In this document: in pieces, positions 18,652-30,179 of the stretch
How positions within the stretch are numbered: position 1 is the stretch's first letter
Layout: the number at the start of each line of letters is the position of its first letter
From: Candidatus Binatia bacterium
GTDB taxonomy: Bacteria > Desulfobacterota > Binatia > Bin18
Direction: 5' to 3'
Assembly: GCA_963666315.2 (NCBI GenBank)
Contig: CAXXHG010000043.1
Coordinates: 256,001-320,000 of the forward strand
DNA: 64,000 nucleotides
Position numbers and translations under genes: made by a program
Notes under the pieces: generated by a model
Told to the model about the DNA's origin: nothing
The model's input: the letters and a program-made list of their open reading frames with translations, nothing else
The model's database searches: none

Positions 18652-20177
18652 ATGGGACGTCGTGTGTGGAGCATCCGGATAACTGTCCTGCTTGCAGCAT
18701 TCGGAGTGGGCTGCGGCGGCTCCGGTGGTGGACCTTCCAATTCAGGCTCACAGTTTGTTTTTGAAGCGCGCGGACGACTGAGTTTGTCTTTTGCGCAGCC
18801 GATTTCAACGATATCACCATCATTCAGCGGGATATCGATCCGAGCACCTGCAATCCAACCACGTGTTCGAATCGCGGAGCTGCTCTCACGGACGACAACG
18901 GACAGGCGCATATCACAGTTATCGCCGGTCTCACCACCGGCTGGTCACGGATCATTGCTGAGGCTCCGCCTGCGTTGAACATCTCTACAGGCATTACTGT
19001 CACCATTACCGGACAAGGCTTTATCTCGCTCGGGACGCTGAGTATTGTTCAGTCCACCGTCACTTTTGTGAATCCAACTCTCGGACCGGACGACCCGGGC
19101 TCTCCGCCGACAACGGCCACCTTTCAAGCCCTCGGTGGTACTCCGCCGTATAGGTGGGTGCATGGCAATCAAGCGTTAGGCTCAATCGTAGCGACTGGCA
19201 TCCCAAATGTGAATGAAACGGCTGAGTACACCTTAATCGGCCCCATCCCTACGCCTCCTCCGTCAATAGCGCTGGAAGATACGATCACACTGTATGATGC
19301 TGATGGGAGCGAAGCCAACGCAACGGTGAGCGTCATCTTTGCCGATTGTACACTCATGGCCGACCAAACAATGGTTACGTTGGTCGGAAGCACCGGAAAT
19401 AATTTTCAGATTGACGTGAGTGATGGTGTGCCACCATTTGCTGTGACCCAGCTATTCCCGGACATTGCATCCACATCCGCAGTTGAGGTCTTGGGTGAAG
19501 TCATCGATGGCAACGGTATGGTCATCCCCTTCGAAATATGTGACGCAATAGGCGAACGGTGTGCCATCACATTCACTTTACCCACCGATTTTCGGGTAGT
19601 AACCCCTGGTACGATTCTCATTCCTGACGTCCGCGGTTGTAAGGCAACAATAGAACTCACCATAGAACCGTGCGGAAATGGGGTCATTGATAGTGGCGAG
19701 GAGTGTGATGGATCGGCCTTCCCACCTGGGCGCAGCACCTGTGAAAATGTAGAAGGAACGGGGGCTTTCGGGATCCTCTGCTACACGGACACATGCACGA
19801 TTGATACGAGCAACTGTCAGGCTCCTATTGTCGCACCAGCAACAGCACCATCTTCGCTGTGTAATAATGGGATCATTGATGTAGGCGAATTGTGTGACAT
19901 CGACGATTTTCGCGGTCTCACCTGCGCCAATTACAAAGGACCGGGAGCAATAGGCCCTTTATTCTGTACGGCTACCTGCACTATAGATAGTAATAATTGT
20001 ATAGCTCTTGATCCAGATAGTTCGTGTGGCGATGGGATCATCGATCCAGGCGAACAGTGTGACACTCTTAACCTCGGTGGGACCAGCCGCGAAGACCTAG
20101 GCTTCGTATGTGGCGATCTGGCATGCAATGCCGATTGCACCCTTAACATCGTAAACTGTTCTGACGTCCCCCTCTAA
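18652..20177 (+). pseudogene. Frameshifted surface lipoprotein with an Ig-like segment and three Cys-rich (Myxococcus-type) repeats
   Basis: Lipobox LLAAFGVGC in one frame. From about 18790 the 18975 frame is open (ALTDDNGQAHITV, GGTPPY) and ends in three CxxGxIDxGExCD repeats. Confidence 0.7.
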
Positions 20178-20351
20178 TGTGGGCCATGGTAGGGTTAGCG
20201 TCTCCGTCGCGTCCTTGCCCACTAGGCGGATCAACACGGCGTCCAGTTCCAGTTCAGTCGGCTGGGAACGCCGACCAACATCGCTCTTATCGATCCGTTC
20301 CATAGAACAACGGAGATCAGATGGGAATGAGTCTTTTCATCCGTCCTATCA

Positions 20352-20380
20352 TTGACGCCTCCTGAGGGGCTTTGTAGTGT
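20352..20380 (+). promoter_or_regulatory. Putative sigma70 promoter of rlmD
   Basis: TTGACG-N17-TAGTGT, ending 6 nt before the GTG start. Confidence 0.5.
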
Positions 20381-20386
20381 ATCGGA

Positions 20387-21688
20387 GTGGCAGACCAGCG
20401 ACACGCACGACCGCGCAAACCTCTGAGCGGGAAACCGTATGCGAAACCGTCCGCAACGTATCCGCACAAGCCGTATCAAAGAAAGCCAGAGCGCGAGAAA
20501 AGACATGCTCCGGCTGTTTCTGACAGACCCTGGCGGCCGCCGTGTCCACACCAGCCGCATTGTTACGGCTGCCCGTTTGTCGCTATTCCCTACGATCAGC
20601 AGCTTGAAAGAAAGCAAAAGATTGTCCGTGAGGCATTGGCCACCTTCTCCTCTCTCAGTGATATCAGTACTCCGCTGCCGGTCGCCTCGCCCCAGAAGTT
20701 CGGCTACCGCTCTCGGGTCAAATTAGCCGTCCGGCGCGTCAAAGGCGAAACCCTGATCGGTCTGTATATACCTGAAACACATAAGGTTTTCGATATTTCA
20801 GCGTGCCCTGTGCATCCGAAACAAATCAACGAAATTTTATCCTTCCTCAAACAAGCCATCGAGCGTCTGAACATTAGCCCGTACGACGAAGAACGAGATA
20901 CCGGCCAACTTCGTTATATAGACCTGCGCTATAGTTTTTGGCAACGCAAAGCATTACTCATGCTGGTCACCCGGCATATGCACTTTCCTCAGGTTCAGGA
21001 ACTCACCCGGCAGCTTGAGCGGCGGTTTCCATTTTTGAGCGGTATTGTTCATAATATCAACGAAAAGCCGGGAAACGTGATTTGGGGCAAGCGGTTTCGG
21101 CCGCTGCGGGGACGCGACTCGCTTCTGGAACAAGTTGGCCATTTACGCCTCAATGTCCCGATTGATACATTCACCCAGGTGAACCCGCCTGTGGCAAAAC
21201 GGATCTACGAGACCATAGTACGCTGGGGCAATCTCACTGGACAAGAAATTGTGATGGATGTGTACTGCGGGATTGGGCCCATTACCCTATACCTGGCGTC
21301 ACAGGCAAAGCTGGTCGCCGGTATTGAGGAAAATGTGCGCGCTGTAAACGTTGCCAAAGAAAATGCCCGGCGGAGTGGTTATCACAACACGCGTTTCTTT
21401 GCCGGAGACGCGGCTGAGAAGGTGGCCGAAGTAGCACTCAAGCTGCCGCCAATCGGCATGGTTGTTCTCAACCCACCGCGTAAGGGATTGAGCCCGGAGG
21501 CTTTCTCCGCGGTGGTACACGTGAATGCACCAAAGCTGGTGTATGTCTCGTGCTCCCCGCAGACTCTTGCACGAGACCTTGATCGATTCTCCCAAGCCGG
21601 GTATGCCGTAGGGCGCATACAGCCGTTCGATATGTTTCCGCAGACAGACCAGATAGAAACTCTCGCCCTTATTGAAAAAACGGAGTAA
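20387..21688 (+). CDS. rlmD: 23S rRNA (uracil-5)-methyltransferase
   Basis: CPHxxxCxGC Fe-S motif, FTQVN, DVYCGIG, NPPRKG, YVSC and DMFPQT. Confidence 0.93.
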   Translation: MADQRHARPRKPLSGKPYAKPSATYPHKPYQRKPEREKRHAPAVSDRPWRPPCPHQPHCYGCPFVAIPYDQQLERKQKIVREALATFSSLSDISTPLPVASPQKFGYRSRVKLAVRRVKGETLIGLYIPETHKVFDISACPVHPKQINEILSFLKQAIERLNISPYDEERDTGQLRYIDLRYSFWQRKALLMLVTRHMHFPQVQELTRQLERRFPFLSGIVHNINEKPGNVIWGKRFRPLRGRDSLLEQVGHLRLNVPIDTFTQVNPPVAKRIYETIVRWGNLTGQEIVMDVYCGIGPITLYLASQAKLVAGIEENVRAVNVAKENARRSGYHNTRFFAGDAAEKVAEVALKLPPIGMVVLNPPRKGLSPEAFSAVVHVNAPKLVYVSCSPQTLARDLDRFSQAGYAVGRIQPFDMFPQTDQIETLALIEKTE

Positions 21689-22451
21689 CGCGGTGGAGCA
21701 ACTCCAGACTAGCCCACTTCAGGGGAAGACCCAAAACCAGCACCTATGGCTGCATGCTGAGGGCTGGGCGCGCTTTCCAGGTCTTGTCCACGGCTTCTCT
21801 CAGCGTCTTCCAAGAATGCATCACAGTGACGCTGGCACGCCCTGTATTCCGACCCTTGCAGGTCTCGCTCCCCATACGCTTACACAAGTGCATGGCAAGG
21901 ATATTGTGCATATCAAGGGAACGGAAAGAGGACCGACCAAAACGGAAGCAGACGGTATGTTCACCGATGATGCAGAAGTTCTGCTCGGTATTTTGACTGC
22001 AGATTGTGTCCCTGTACTTATGGTCGTACCCCAACGGAGGATAGTCATTGCCTTACATGCCGGTTTGAGAGGAACCCAGAAAGCGATTTGCCTGCACGCA
22101 GTAGAAATATGTACGAAAAAGTGGCGCCTCGACCCGTCCCAGCTTTGGGTCGCCCTAGGCCCGTCGATAAGCGGGTGCTGTTACGAAGTCGGATATGAAG
22201 TAGGGGAACCGCTTTTCCAGCGTTGGGGAGATGGAGAAAAAGAGGCATGGCACGTTCAAGGAGACGGAAAGGGGTTGCTTGACCTCCGGGCCATAAACAA
22301 GGCGCAATTGACCTGGGCCGGTATTCCGGATGAGCAGATCCAGAGTGTCGGCCCCTGTACCTGCTGCAATCGGGTCGAATTTACTTCGTATCGGAGAGAG
22401 GGTCCGCAATCCGGACGACAGATCAGTGTGATTGGCTGGAAACCCTCTTGA
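21672..22451 (+). CDS. pgeF: YfiH/PgeF family protein
   Basis: QVHG, TADCVP, HAG(L)RG, GPSISGCCYEV and SYRR motifs. Confidence 0.92.
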   Translation: MKKRSNAVEQLQTSPLQGKTQNQHLWLHAEGWARFPGLVHGFSQRLPRMHHSDAGTPCIPTLAGLAPHTLTQVHGKDIVHIKGTERGPTKTEADGMFTDDAEVLLGILTADCVPVLMVVPQRRIVIALHAGLRGTQKAICLHAVEICTKKWRLDPSQLWVALGPSISGCCYEVGYEVGEPLFQRWGDGEKEAWHVQGDGKGLLDLRAINKAQLTWAGIPDEQIQSVGPCTCCNRVEFTSYRREGPQSGRQISVIGWKPS

Positions 22452-22479
22452 ATCATTTGGACTTCATATTTTAGCAGTT

Positions 22480-23493
22480 ATGCATATTGCAGTCATTGGT
22501 GCGGGAGGGTGGGGGACAGCTCTGGCTTGCCTCTTAGACACTGCCGGTCATCAGGTCTGTATGTGGGTCAGACGCGAGGCCGTGTATCGACAACTGCAAA
22601 GAACAAGTGAAAACCAAGCCTATCTGCCCGATATTCGTCTCCCCAAAACTCTTCGCTTTACTACGAACCTGGCTGAATCAGTGGCTGGAGCCGAGCTTAT
22701 TGTTTTTGCTGTTCCATCGCATGCGATCCGGTCCATGGCGTCACAACTTGGTCCGGTTGTCACCGGCTCACCACTATTCGTGAGTACGAGTAAAGGCATT
22801 GAGGAAGAGTCTCTCCAAACCATGAGCGGCGTGCTGAGGGCTACGCTCCCGGAGCAATTCGCACACAGGATCGCCGTTCTTTCGGGTCCGAGCTTTGCAG
22901 TAGAAGTGGCGCGCGGGTTCCCCACAGCAGTCACTGCGGCGGCGCAAGACCAAGAGCTCGCAAAGACCGTCCAGGAGACGTTCTCCGCGCCCACATTCCG
23001 TGTCTATACTACGATGGACCTCATTGGCGTTGAGGTCGGTGGCGCAGTTAAAAACGTGATCGCTCTCGCAGTGGGAGTGAGTGACGGACTAGGCTATGGC
23101 TATAATGCCAGAGCCGCGTTAATCACGCGTGGCATGGCTGAGGTAGTGCGTTTGGCAATACGAATGGGGGCAAATCCACAGACATTATCAGGTCTGTCTG
23201 GAATGGGTGATCTCATCCTTACTTGTACGAGTGATCTCAGCCGTAATCGCACGGTTGGGATACGGTTGGGAAAAGGGGAGAAGATTGACGAGATCCAGCA
23301 GAGTATGTCGACTGTTGCAGAGGGGATACGGAATTGTCGGTCAATTCTTGCTTTAGCACGCCGTTTGGCTGTAGAAATGCCTATTGTTGAACAAATTTCA
23401 GCGCTTTTGTATGCCGGAAAACAGCCCAAGAATGTCGTCGCGGATTTGCTATCCCGTCAAATGAAACCCGAGTTTCCACAGGAGGAAAATTGA
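22480..23493 (+). CDS. gpsA: NAD(P)H-dependent glycerol-3-phosphate dehydrogenase
   Basis: GAGGWGTALA, SKGIE, LSGPSFA, GGAVKNV and GDLILTCTSDLSRN motifs. Confidence 0.97.
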   Translation: MHIAVIGAGGWGTALACLLDTAGHQVCMWVRREAVYRQLQRTSENQAYLPDIRLPKTLRFTTNLAESVAGAELIVFAVPSHAIRSMASQLGPVVTGSPLFVSTSKGIEEESLQTMSGVLRATLPEQFAHRIAVLSGPSFAVEVARGFPTAVTAAAQDQELAKTVQETFSAPTFRVYTTMDLIGVEVGGAVKNVIALAVGVSDGLGYGYNARAALITRGMAEVVRLAIRMGANPQTLSGLSGMGDLILTCTSDLSRNRTVGIRLGKGEKIDEIQQSMSTVAEGIRNCRSILALARRLAVEMPIVEQISALLYAGKQPKNVVADLLSRQMKPEFPQEEN

Positions 23494-23562
23494 CATCTAG
23501 GTAACGGTATGGTGAGATATACGATCACTGAAACACAGCACTCTAGAAACGGATGAGCATAG

Positions 23563-23724
23563 ATGAAAAGGACTTATCAACCAAGCAATACCAGTCGGAA
23601 ACGCACCCACGGCTTTCTGGTTCGGATGAGGACGGCAGGCGGGCGTGCCGTCATCAAACGTCGGCGCGCAAAAGGGCGCAAACTATTAAGCGTTCTGATA
23701 CCACCAAAACAAGCGCGCCGCTGA
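23563..23724 (+). CDS. rpmH: 50S ribosomal protein L34
   Basis: Manual translation: [44 protein letters not shown]... (53 aa, below the ORF-track cutoff). Confidence 0.97.
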   Translation: MKRTYQPSNTSRKRTHGFLVRMRTAGGRAVIKRRRAKGRKLLSVLIPPKQARR

Positions 23725-24083
23725 CCACCGAGTACGGCAGGTACGCTTTTCCAAAAACGGCACGGCTTCGCGTTCGTCGAGAGTTCCTCGCTATCCAAAA
23801 GACGGGGAAGCGACGCCAGAGCCGCCACTTCGTCGTTATCACGTCCCCGGTATGGCAGCAGCGACCCCGTCTCGGCATAACGGCCTCTCGTCGGTTTGGG
23901 AATGCGGTTATTCGGAATAGAATGAAGCGGATGCTGCGCGAATTTTTTCGTGTCCGGCAGGCGCGCATTTCTCCGGCACGTGATATCCTGGTCATCCCGA
24001 AATCAGCGGCTAAAGAGCTGTCTTTCGCGCAGATTGTCAAAGAACTGGAGAAGGTTCTTCCCCTTGCTCAACGCACTGACTGA
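23721..24083 (+). CDS. rnpA: Ribonuclease P protein component
   Basis: FPKTARL and [25 protein letters not shown] motifs. Start uncertain (CTG overlapping the rpmH stop). Confidence 0.92.
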   Translation: MTTEYGRYAFPKTARLRVRREFLAIQKTGKRRQSRHFVVITSPVWQQRPRLGITASRRFGNAVIRNRMKRMLREFFRVRQARISPARDILVIPKSAAKELSFAQIVKELEKVLPLAQRTD

Positions 24084-24342
24084 AATCTCCCGCTTTCTGC
24101 TTGTGTTAGGTTTTCAAGGCGCAGCTCGGTTTTGTAAAGCCGTACTGCTCGGGGGACTGCATGGATACCGTCTGATAGTGTCTCCCGTACTTGGTCCGGC
24201 TTGTCGTTTCTATCCGAGTTGCTCGCAGTATGCGCTTGACGCAGTGGAGAACTATGGAGTGCTCAGAGGAATCGAGCTCTCTATTCGGCGGCTGACAAAA
24301 TGCCACCCATGGCATCCAGGCGGAATAGACTTCGTGCCGTGA
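24064..24342 (+). CDS. yidD: Membrane protein insertion efficiency factor
   Basis: SPVLGPACRFYPSCSQYA and CHPWHPGGIDFVP motifs. Start approximate. Confidence 0.93.
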   Translation: MLNALTEISRFLLVLGFQGAARFCKAVLLGGLHGYRLIVSPVLGPACRFYPSCSQYALDAVENYGVLRGIELSIRRLTKCHPWHPGGIDFVP

Positions 24343-24369
24343 TCTACATACTATGTTTTCAGAATTTCT

Positions 24370-26040
24370 ATGGATAATAAAAGCCTTCTTACCATTGTTC
24401 TTTGCATCCTGATTCTCATTGGTTATCAGGTGCTTATATCGTATATTTACCCTCGACCGGACGCCCTTCCGCCGGCACAACGGTTTACTCAGGCCGATCC
24501 GGACTCCCCCCCCGCGGCAGTTCAACAGCCGATCTCTCCGTTGGAACCATGGAAAGCAGTTGAACAGGCTCCTGTGGAGCAGCAAAAAACCCCATCAGTT
24601 TCTCTCCCACCAGAACGAGAAATTACTGTAGAAACCGAAGCCTATAGAGCAGTGTTCACTTCTCTAGGCGGGCGCCTCAAGAGTCTGCGTCTCAAACAGT
24701 ATCCAGAGAGTCTCGAATCCGACAGTCCTCTCTTGGAAATAGTCCACGCGGGACCGTATGGAGAGCTTCCGTTCGCAGTCGGCATTGAAGGAAAAGACCT
24801 GACGCTCACTGACGCCACGCTCCCGTATGTGATCACAGGCGAGCCTCTCTTTCTCCTCGCCGAGGATCAGGCAAGCCTCACATTCTCAGGAGCCACCGAG
24901 GTTGGCGTACATTATACGAAAACATACTCTTTCTCTGGACAAGGGTATGGCATTGGACTTGAAGTTGAGGTCTCTAATATTCCGTTTCAGGTATCATCCC
25001 TCTCCTTGTCGTGGATCGAAGAATCTCGTTCCGGAAGTGAATCAGGCTATTATAGTGTGTATGGACCGGTTGCCCTTATCGGCAGAAAGTTTCTGTATGA
25101 AAGCGCTCCAGATTGGGAAGCTGGAGAAATCTATGGGCCTGGAAATATCCGCTGGGCTGGATTTACTAATAGTTATTTCTTGGCAGGAATGATGCCTTTA
25201 GGGGACCAACAGAAAGAAGCTGGAGACGCGCGGCTCTTCTTCAGCGAGGACAACGGAATGTTTGAGGCGCGACTTACTATTCCGTGGAGCGGAGAAAACG
25301 TCTCGTATACGTTATATCTTGGCCCAAAAGAGACCTCTGCCCTCAATGCGGTCGATCCAGCCTTTGACCGTGCTATCGATTTTGGTTGGGCCCATTTCAT
25401 TGCCCGCCCATTAGTATTGCTGCTCAGAATGCTGTATTCCGCGACGGGCAACTATGGAGTTGCTATTATCTTACTGACCATCATGGTCAAGCTGGTATTC
25501 TTCCCGCTGAGCAACAAAAGCTTTAAGTCCATGTCGGCGATGAAGAAAATTCAGCCGCAGATGGAACGATTACGCGAGCAGTATAAGGATGATAAAGAAA
25601 AGCTGAACAAGGAAACGATGGAGCTGTATCGAAATAATAAGGTGAATCCGCTCGGTGGATGTATACCCATGCTGGTCCAGCTTCCCGTATTCATCGGACT
25701 CTATCAGGGTCTGCTGTATGCGATCGAACTCCGTCAAGCCCCCTTTTTCGGCTGGATTTTGGATCTGTCACAACCCGATAGACTTGGGGTGCTTGCCATT
25801 CCGTTTGTTGAGCCGCCAGGTATCCCGGTCCTGACTTTGCTCATGGGTGGATCGATGCTTGTTCAACAGATGATGACCCCCACAACTGGGGATCCGATGC
25901 AGCAGAAAATGATGCTCCTTATGCCGGTGGTCTTCACAGCCATGTTCATCAGTTTTCCAGCTGGACTCGTGCTGTACTGGCTCGTCAATAATATCCTGAG
26001 TGTAGCCCAGCAGCATTGGTATACAAGAAAATATGCTTGA
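24370..26040 (+). CDS. yidC: Membrane protein insertase YidC
   Basis: GNYGVAIILLT, NPLGGCIP, ELRQAPF, WILDLS and GLVLYW motifs. Confidence 0.97.
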   Translation: MDNKSLLTIVLCILILIGYQVLISYIYPRPDALPPAQRFTQADPDSPPAAVQQPISPLEPWKAVEQAPVEQQKTPSVSLPPEREITVETEAYRAVFTSLGGRLKSLRLKQYPESLESDSPLLEIVHAGPYGELPFAVGIEGKDLTLTDATLPYVITGEPLFLLAEDQASLTFSGATEVGVHYTKTYSFSGQGYGIGLEVEVSNIPFQVSSLSLSWIEESRSGSESGYYSVYGPVALIGRKFLYESAPDWEAGEIYGPGNIRWAGFTNSYFLAGMMPLGDQQKEAGDARLFFSEDNGMFEARLTIPWSGENVSYTLYLGPKETSALNAVDPAFDRAIDFGWAHFIARPLVLLLRMLYSATGNYGVAIILLTIMVKLVFFPLSNKSFKSMSAMKKIQPQMERLREQYKDDKEKLNKETMELYRNNKVNPLGGCIPMLVQLPVFIGLYQGLLYAIELRQAPFFGWILDLSQPDRLGVLAIPFVEPPGIPVLTLLMGGSMLVQQMMTPTTGDPMQQKMMLLMPVVFTAMFISFPAGLVLYWLVNNILSVAQQHWYTRKYA

Positions 26041-26058
26041 TAAAAGGGGAAAGACGTA

Positions 26059-26856
26059 ATGAGTTCTGTGGAAACCCAAGGATCTTCGATTGAAGAGGCG
26101 GTTGCTACTGCCCTCGCCCAACTTCAGGCAGAACGAGATCAGGTCGAAATCGAAATCATCGCCCAGCCGACCAAAGGATTTCTTGGTATAGGCGGGAAAA
26201 AGGCGCGGGTCCGGGCAACACTCCGCAGTTCCCTCGTCCCTCAGGAGCTGGAACCTGAGTCAACGGCCGTAGCTCCTGCGGAGCGGCCCGCTTCGCGCCG
26301 TTCCGTCTCCTCAGCAGCAGATACTCAGCCCACTCCAGTCTCTTTGGAGACTGGAAAAAAGGCGTACCAGGCCCTTACAGAGACCCTGCGGCTTATGGGG
26401 ACGGAAGTGCCGGTTTCGCTCGATGTCCAAGGGCCAGAAGCTGTTATCAACTTAGAGGATACCTTAGGCGGCTTGCTCGTCGGCCGGAAAGGCCAAACAC
26501 TCGATGCCCTTGAATATTTGCTCAATCGTATGATCGCACGGGGTGATGAAGAAGAAGCGCATCTCGCCCTGGATGCAGAAGGCTACCGAGAACGGCGCCG
26601 GCAGAGCCTCGAAAGTTTAGCCCTGCGCTTAGGAGAGCGGGCGAAACGCCGCAGGAAAACCGTGACCCTGAATCCGCTCAGCCCTCGTGATCGTCGCGTT
26701 GTACATCTAGTCCTTGAAGATGATCCGCTTGTGAACACGAGAAGTGTGGGGCGCGGACATCTTCGTCGCCTCTCTATTGTTCCGGAGAACGGCGGTAACG
26801 AGCGCCGAGAGCGGCCGCGAAGCGCCGAACGGCCGCGAGGGGCTGCCCGTTCGTAA
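26059..26856 (+). CDS. jag: Jag/EloR RNA-binding protein (Jag_N, KH, R3H)
   Basis: KGFLGIG, GRKGQTLDALEYL and RRVVH motifs. Confidence 0.93.
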   Translation: MSSVETQGSSIEEAVATALAQLQAERDQVEIEIIAQPTKGFLGIGGKKARVRATLRSSLVPQELEPESTAVAPAERPASRRSVSSAADTQPTPVSLETGKKAYQALTETLRLMGTEVPVSLDVQGPEAVINLEDTLGGLLVGRKGQTLDALEYLLNRMIARGDEEEAHLALDAEGYRERRRQSLESLALRLGERAKRRRKTVTLNPLSPRDRRVVHLVLEDDPLVNTRSVGRGHLRRLSIVPENGGNERRERPRSAERPRGAARS

Positions 26857-26874
26857 CCTCATGAGCGAGGAGTT

Positions 26875-28293
26875 GTGTACGCACATGACACCATTGCCGC
26901 TATTGCAACTCCTCCAGGGCAAGGTGGGATTGCGATTATTAGGATCAGTGGTGCACGTTCAGAGACTGTAATACAAACACTGTTTCTGCCGGATACGCCT
27001 TGGAAAGAACAGCATACACACCACTTCTATCTCGGCCGGATTCTCGATAAGCCACACGGAACACCGATTGATCAGGGGGCGATCATGCTTATGCGTGCCC
27101 CCAAAAGCTACACCTGTGAGAATACGGTTGAAGTACACCTCCACGGCGGCAACTTTCTGACCCGTCGTGTATTGGAGTCCGTTCTGTGCCAGGGCGTTCG
27201 CTTGGCTGAGCCAGGCGAGTTCACTAAGCGGGCCTTTCTTAACGGACGTTTGGACCTCGCGCAGGCTGAAGCAGTTTTGGATCTCATTCAGGCCACAAAT
27301 GAGACAGGCTTACACCTCGCTTGGGAACACTTAACCGGCCGGCTCTCACAGGCATGTGATGAAATTAGGGACAAGCTCCTCTCACTGACTGCTCATCTCG
27401 AAGCCTTAATCGACTTTCCTGAAGAAGACATTCCTGAACATAGCCAAGAGGCTATGCAGAACGAATTCTCTATAATTCGCGATAACTTAGAAGCGTTAGA
27501 AGCCACGTTTTCACAGGGTAAAGTATACCGGGATGGAGTCCGCACTGCTATCGTTGGAAAACCCAATGTCGGCAAGTCGAGTTTACTCAACCTTCTCACA
27601 GGAACGGAACGGGCGATTGTGACAAAAGTCCCCGGCACAACGCGAGATATTATTGAAGAAACGGTTCTCGTCGACGATATTCCTCTCATAGTGTGGGATA
27701 CAGCTGGTATTCGACACACAACAGACGAGGTTGAACGGATAGGCATTGAGCGCGCGCTTGCCGGGATCGAACAGGCCGAACTGATTCTTGCGGTTTTTGA
27801 CGCTGCACAGCCGTTTGATGCAAGCGATGCACTGATTTGTGAAAAGCTGAAAGGGAAAAAGTGTATCCCCCTGGTCAACAAGAGCGATCTTCCTCAAGAA
27901 CTTGATCCAGCTGACGTAATAAGCCGTATCGATCAAGAACCCCTTATCCATATTTCAGCCAAATACGGAACCGGCATGAAAGATTTAGAAGAGCGAATCC
28001 AGAATGTTATCCTTGGGGACGGGGAAGGCGTGTTGGATAAGAAGAGACGGGCTATCGGTAAGAACAACGTTTTAAATTATCCGTTTATTACAAAGATGCG
28101 CCATAAAAATGCACTTACGAAGACAACCCAAAGTCTTGAAAATGCTTCAGCCAGCCTCAAAGACGGCGTCCCTCTCGACCTCGTCGCTGTTGATCTGCAT
28201 ACTAGCCTCTATCATATTGGTGAGATAACCGGACACGTGAGTAGCGAAGATATCCTCGATCGCGTGTTCCAAGACTTTTGCATTGGCAAGTAG
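26875..28293 (+). CDS. mnmE: tRNA modification GTPase MnmE
   Basis: [26 protein letters not shown] and FCIGK motifs. Confidence 0.97.
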   Translation: MYAHDTIAAIATPPGQGGIAIIRISGARSETVIQTLFLPDTPWKEQHTHHFYLGRILDKPHGTPIDQGAIMLMRAPKSYTCENTVEVHLHGGNFLTRRVLESVLCQGVRLAEPGEFTKRAFLNGRLDLAQAEAVLDLIQATNETGLHLAWEHLTGRLSQACDEIRDKLLSLTAHLEALIDFPEEDIPEHSQEAMQNEFSIIRDNLEALEATFSQGKVYRDGVRTAIVGKPNVGKSSLLNLLTGTERAIVTKVPGTTRDIIEETVLVDDIPLIVWDTAGIRHTTDEVERIGIERALAGIEQAELILAVFDAAQPFDASDALICEKLKGKKCIPLVNKSDLPQELDPADVISRIDQEPLIHISAKYGTGMKDLEERIQNVILGDGEGVLDKKRRAIGKNNVLNYPFITKMRHKNALTKTTQSLENASASLKDGVPLDLVAVDLHTSLYHIGEITGHVSSEDILDRVFQDFCIGK

Positions 28294-28313
28294 CGCGAAG
28301 GACGGTAGGGAAT

Positions 28314-30176
28314 ATGGACTACGACGTTATCGTTGTCGGGGCTGGACACGCCGGCATAGAGGCTGCTCTTGCTGCTGCACGACTAGGTAGCAAAACCCTC
28401 ATGCTCACGCTCAATCTCGACCATATTGGTCAGATGTCTTGTAATCCGGCAATTGGTGGGATTGGAAAAAGCCATCTGGTAAAGGAGATCGATGCACTCG
28501 GCGGTGAGATGGCACGAGCGATTGATGAGACGGGTATTCAGTTTCGCGTTTTGAATACCAGAAAAGGGCCGGCGGTTCGAGCCACACGTGCGCAGGCTGA
28601 TAAGGCACTGTATCGGCTCTATATGAAAAAAATTGTCGAGACGACACCGAATCTCACCCTGCGACAGGGCAGCGTAGAGAGCATTATTACTGATAATGGT
28701 GCTATTAAAGAAGTCGAGACACAGATTGGAGAGCGTTTCTCCGCAAAGACGATCATTCTGACAACGGGAACCTTTCTCAAAGGGCTCATCCATGTAGGTC
28801 TCAAGAACTATGCAGCGGGACGTGCAGGAGATTTTTCGGTCGAGGGCTTGAGTGGCATTCTGTGTGAACTGGGGTTCCGCATTGGCCGCCTCAAAACTGG
28901 TACGTGTCCAAGATTAGACAGTCGAACTATCAATTATGACGTTTTGGAACCCCAATACGGAGATACTCCTCCGCCGCCACTATCTTTCTCAACAGCGGCG
29001 ATCAAACAGGAACAACTGCCCTGCTATATTACCTATACGAATGAGCACACGCATGCAGTGATTGAGTCTGGGCTTGATCGCTCCCCTATGTATTCCGGTG
29101 CTATCCAGGGCAGGGGACCTCGCTATTGCCCATCTATCGAGGATAAAGTCGTACGCTTTAAAGAGAAGCCGCGACATCAGATTTTTCTTGAGCCAGAGGG
29201 GCGAGATACTGTGGAAGTGTATCCCAATGGTCTTTCTACAAGTCTACCGCTCGATATTCAACTGAGCATGGTCCGTTCAATTCAGGGCTTGGAGCAGGCA
29301 GAGATCATGCGTCCTGGCTATGCCATTGAGTATGACTACGCAGACCCAACCCAGGTCTACTCCAGCTTGGAAACCAAACTACTGAAAGGCCTCTATTTCG
29401 CCGGCCAGATTAATGGAACGACTGGTTACGAGGAAGCCGCTGCACAAGGACTCATGGCTGGTATTAATGCTACCCTCAGTATCCGAGGCGAAGATCCCCT
29501 GATATTTTCAAGAGATCAAGCGTATATTGGTGTTCTTATCGACGACTTAGTAACAAAGGGAGTTGGGGGAGAGCCCTACCGCATGTTTACGTCTCGGGCC
29601 GAGCACCGATTACTTTTAAGGGAGGATAATGCAGATCTCAGACTTAGAGAAATCGGGCATAGAGTCGGTCTCATAGACTCGTTAACATACCAGAACACCA
29701 ACAGAAAACAGGCTGAAATTGAAAAAGAAACGCAACGTCTTGAGGAAACCATCTTGACTCCAAATGGAGAAGTAAACGCCCGTTTAGCTGCTTTGGGATC
29801 GGCTGAAATAAAAACCCCGACGCCGCTTGCAAAATTGCTGAGACGTCCAGAATTATCTTGGGCAGACATACAAACTATGCATCCCTCTCCCAATCCTCTC
29901 TCCAAAGACGCTAGTATAGAAGTAGAAATAGGCGTGAAGTATGCAGGCTATATCCGTCGGCAGGAGGAAGGCGTAAATCGACTTCGACATCTGGAAAAGG
30001 CTCTCATTCCAAATACGATGGATTATTCAGGCGTTCGTGGCCTATCGTCAGAAGTACAGGAAAAACTCATTACGCTGCGTCCGCGCTCTTTAGGCCAGGC
30101 CTCACGTATTCCCGGGGTGACGCCGGCAGCTTTGTCTTTACTTGCGGTGCACTTGAAACGCGCCGGAGCTTCCTAA
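28314..30176 (+). CDS. mnmG: tRNA uridine-34 carboxymethylaminomethyl enzyme MnmG (GidA)
   Basis: [25 protein letters not shown] and [13 protein letters not shown] motifs. Confidence 0.98.
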   Translation: MDYDVIVVGAGHAGIEAALAAARLGSKTLMLTLNLDHIGQMSCNPAIGGIGKSHLVKEIDALGGEMARAIDETGIQFRVLNTRKGPAVRATRAQADKALYRLYMKKIVETTPNLTLRQGSVESIITDNGAIKEVETQIGERFSAKTIILTTGTFLKGLIHVGLKNYAAGRAGDFSVEGLSGILCELGFRIGRLKTGTCPRLDSRTINYDVLEPQYGDTPPPPLSFSTAAIKQEQLPCYITYTNEHTHAVIESGLDRSPMYSGAIQGRGPRYCPSIEDKVVRFKEKPRHQIFLEPEGRDTVEVYPNGLSTSLPLDIQLSMVRSIQGLEQAEIMRPGYAIEYDYADPTQVYSSLETKLLKGLYFAGQINGTTGYEEAAAQGLMAGINATLSIRGEDPLIFSRDQAYIGVLIDDLVTKGVGGEPYRMFTSRAEHRLLLREDNADLRLREIGHRVGLIDSLTYQNTNRKQAEIEKETQRLEETILTPNGEVNARLAALGSAEIKTPTPLAKLLRRPELSWADIQTMHPSPNPLSKDASIEVEIGVKYAGYIRRQEEGVNRLRHLEKALIPNTMDYSGVRGLSSEVQEKLITLRPRSLGQASRIPGVTPAALSLLAVHLKRAGAS

Positions 30177-30179
30177 TAT

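Noticed and set aside
23553-23720. N-terminal extension of rnpA in the ORF track
   Set aside because: It overlaps rpmH, which is the real gene in another frame; the extension has no RnpA similarity.
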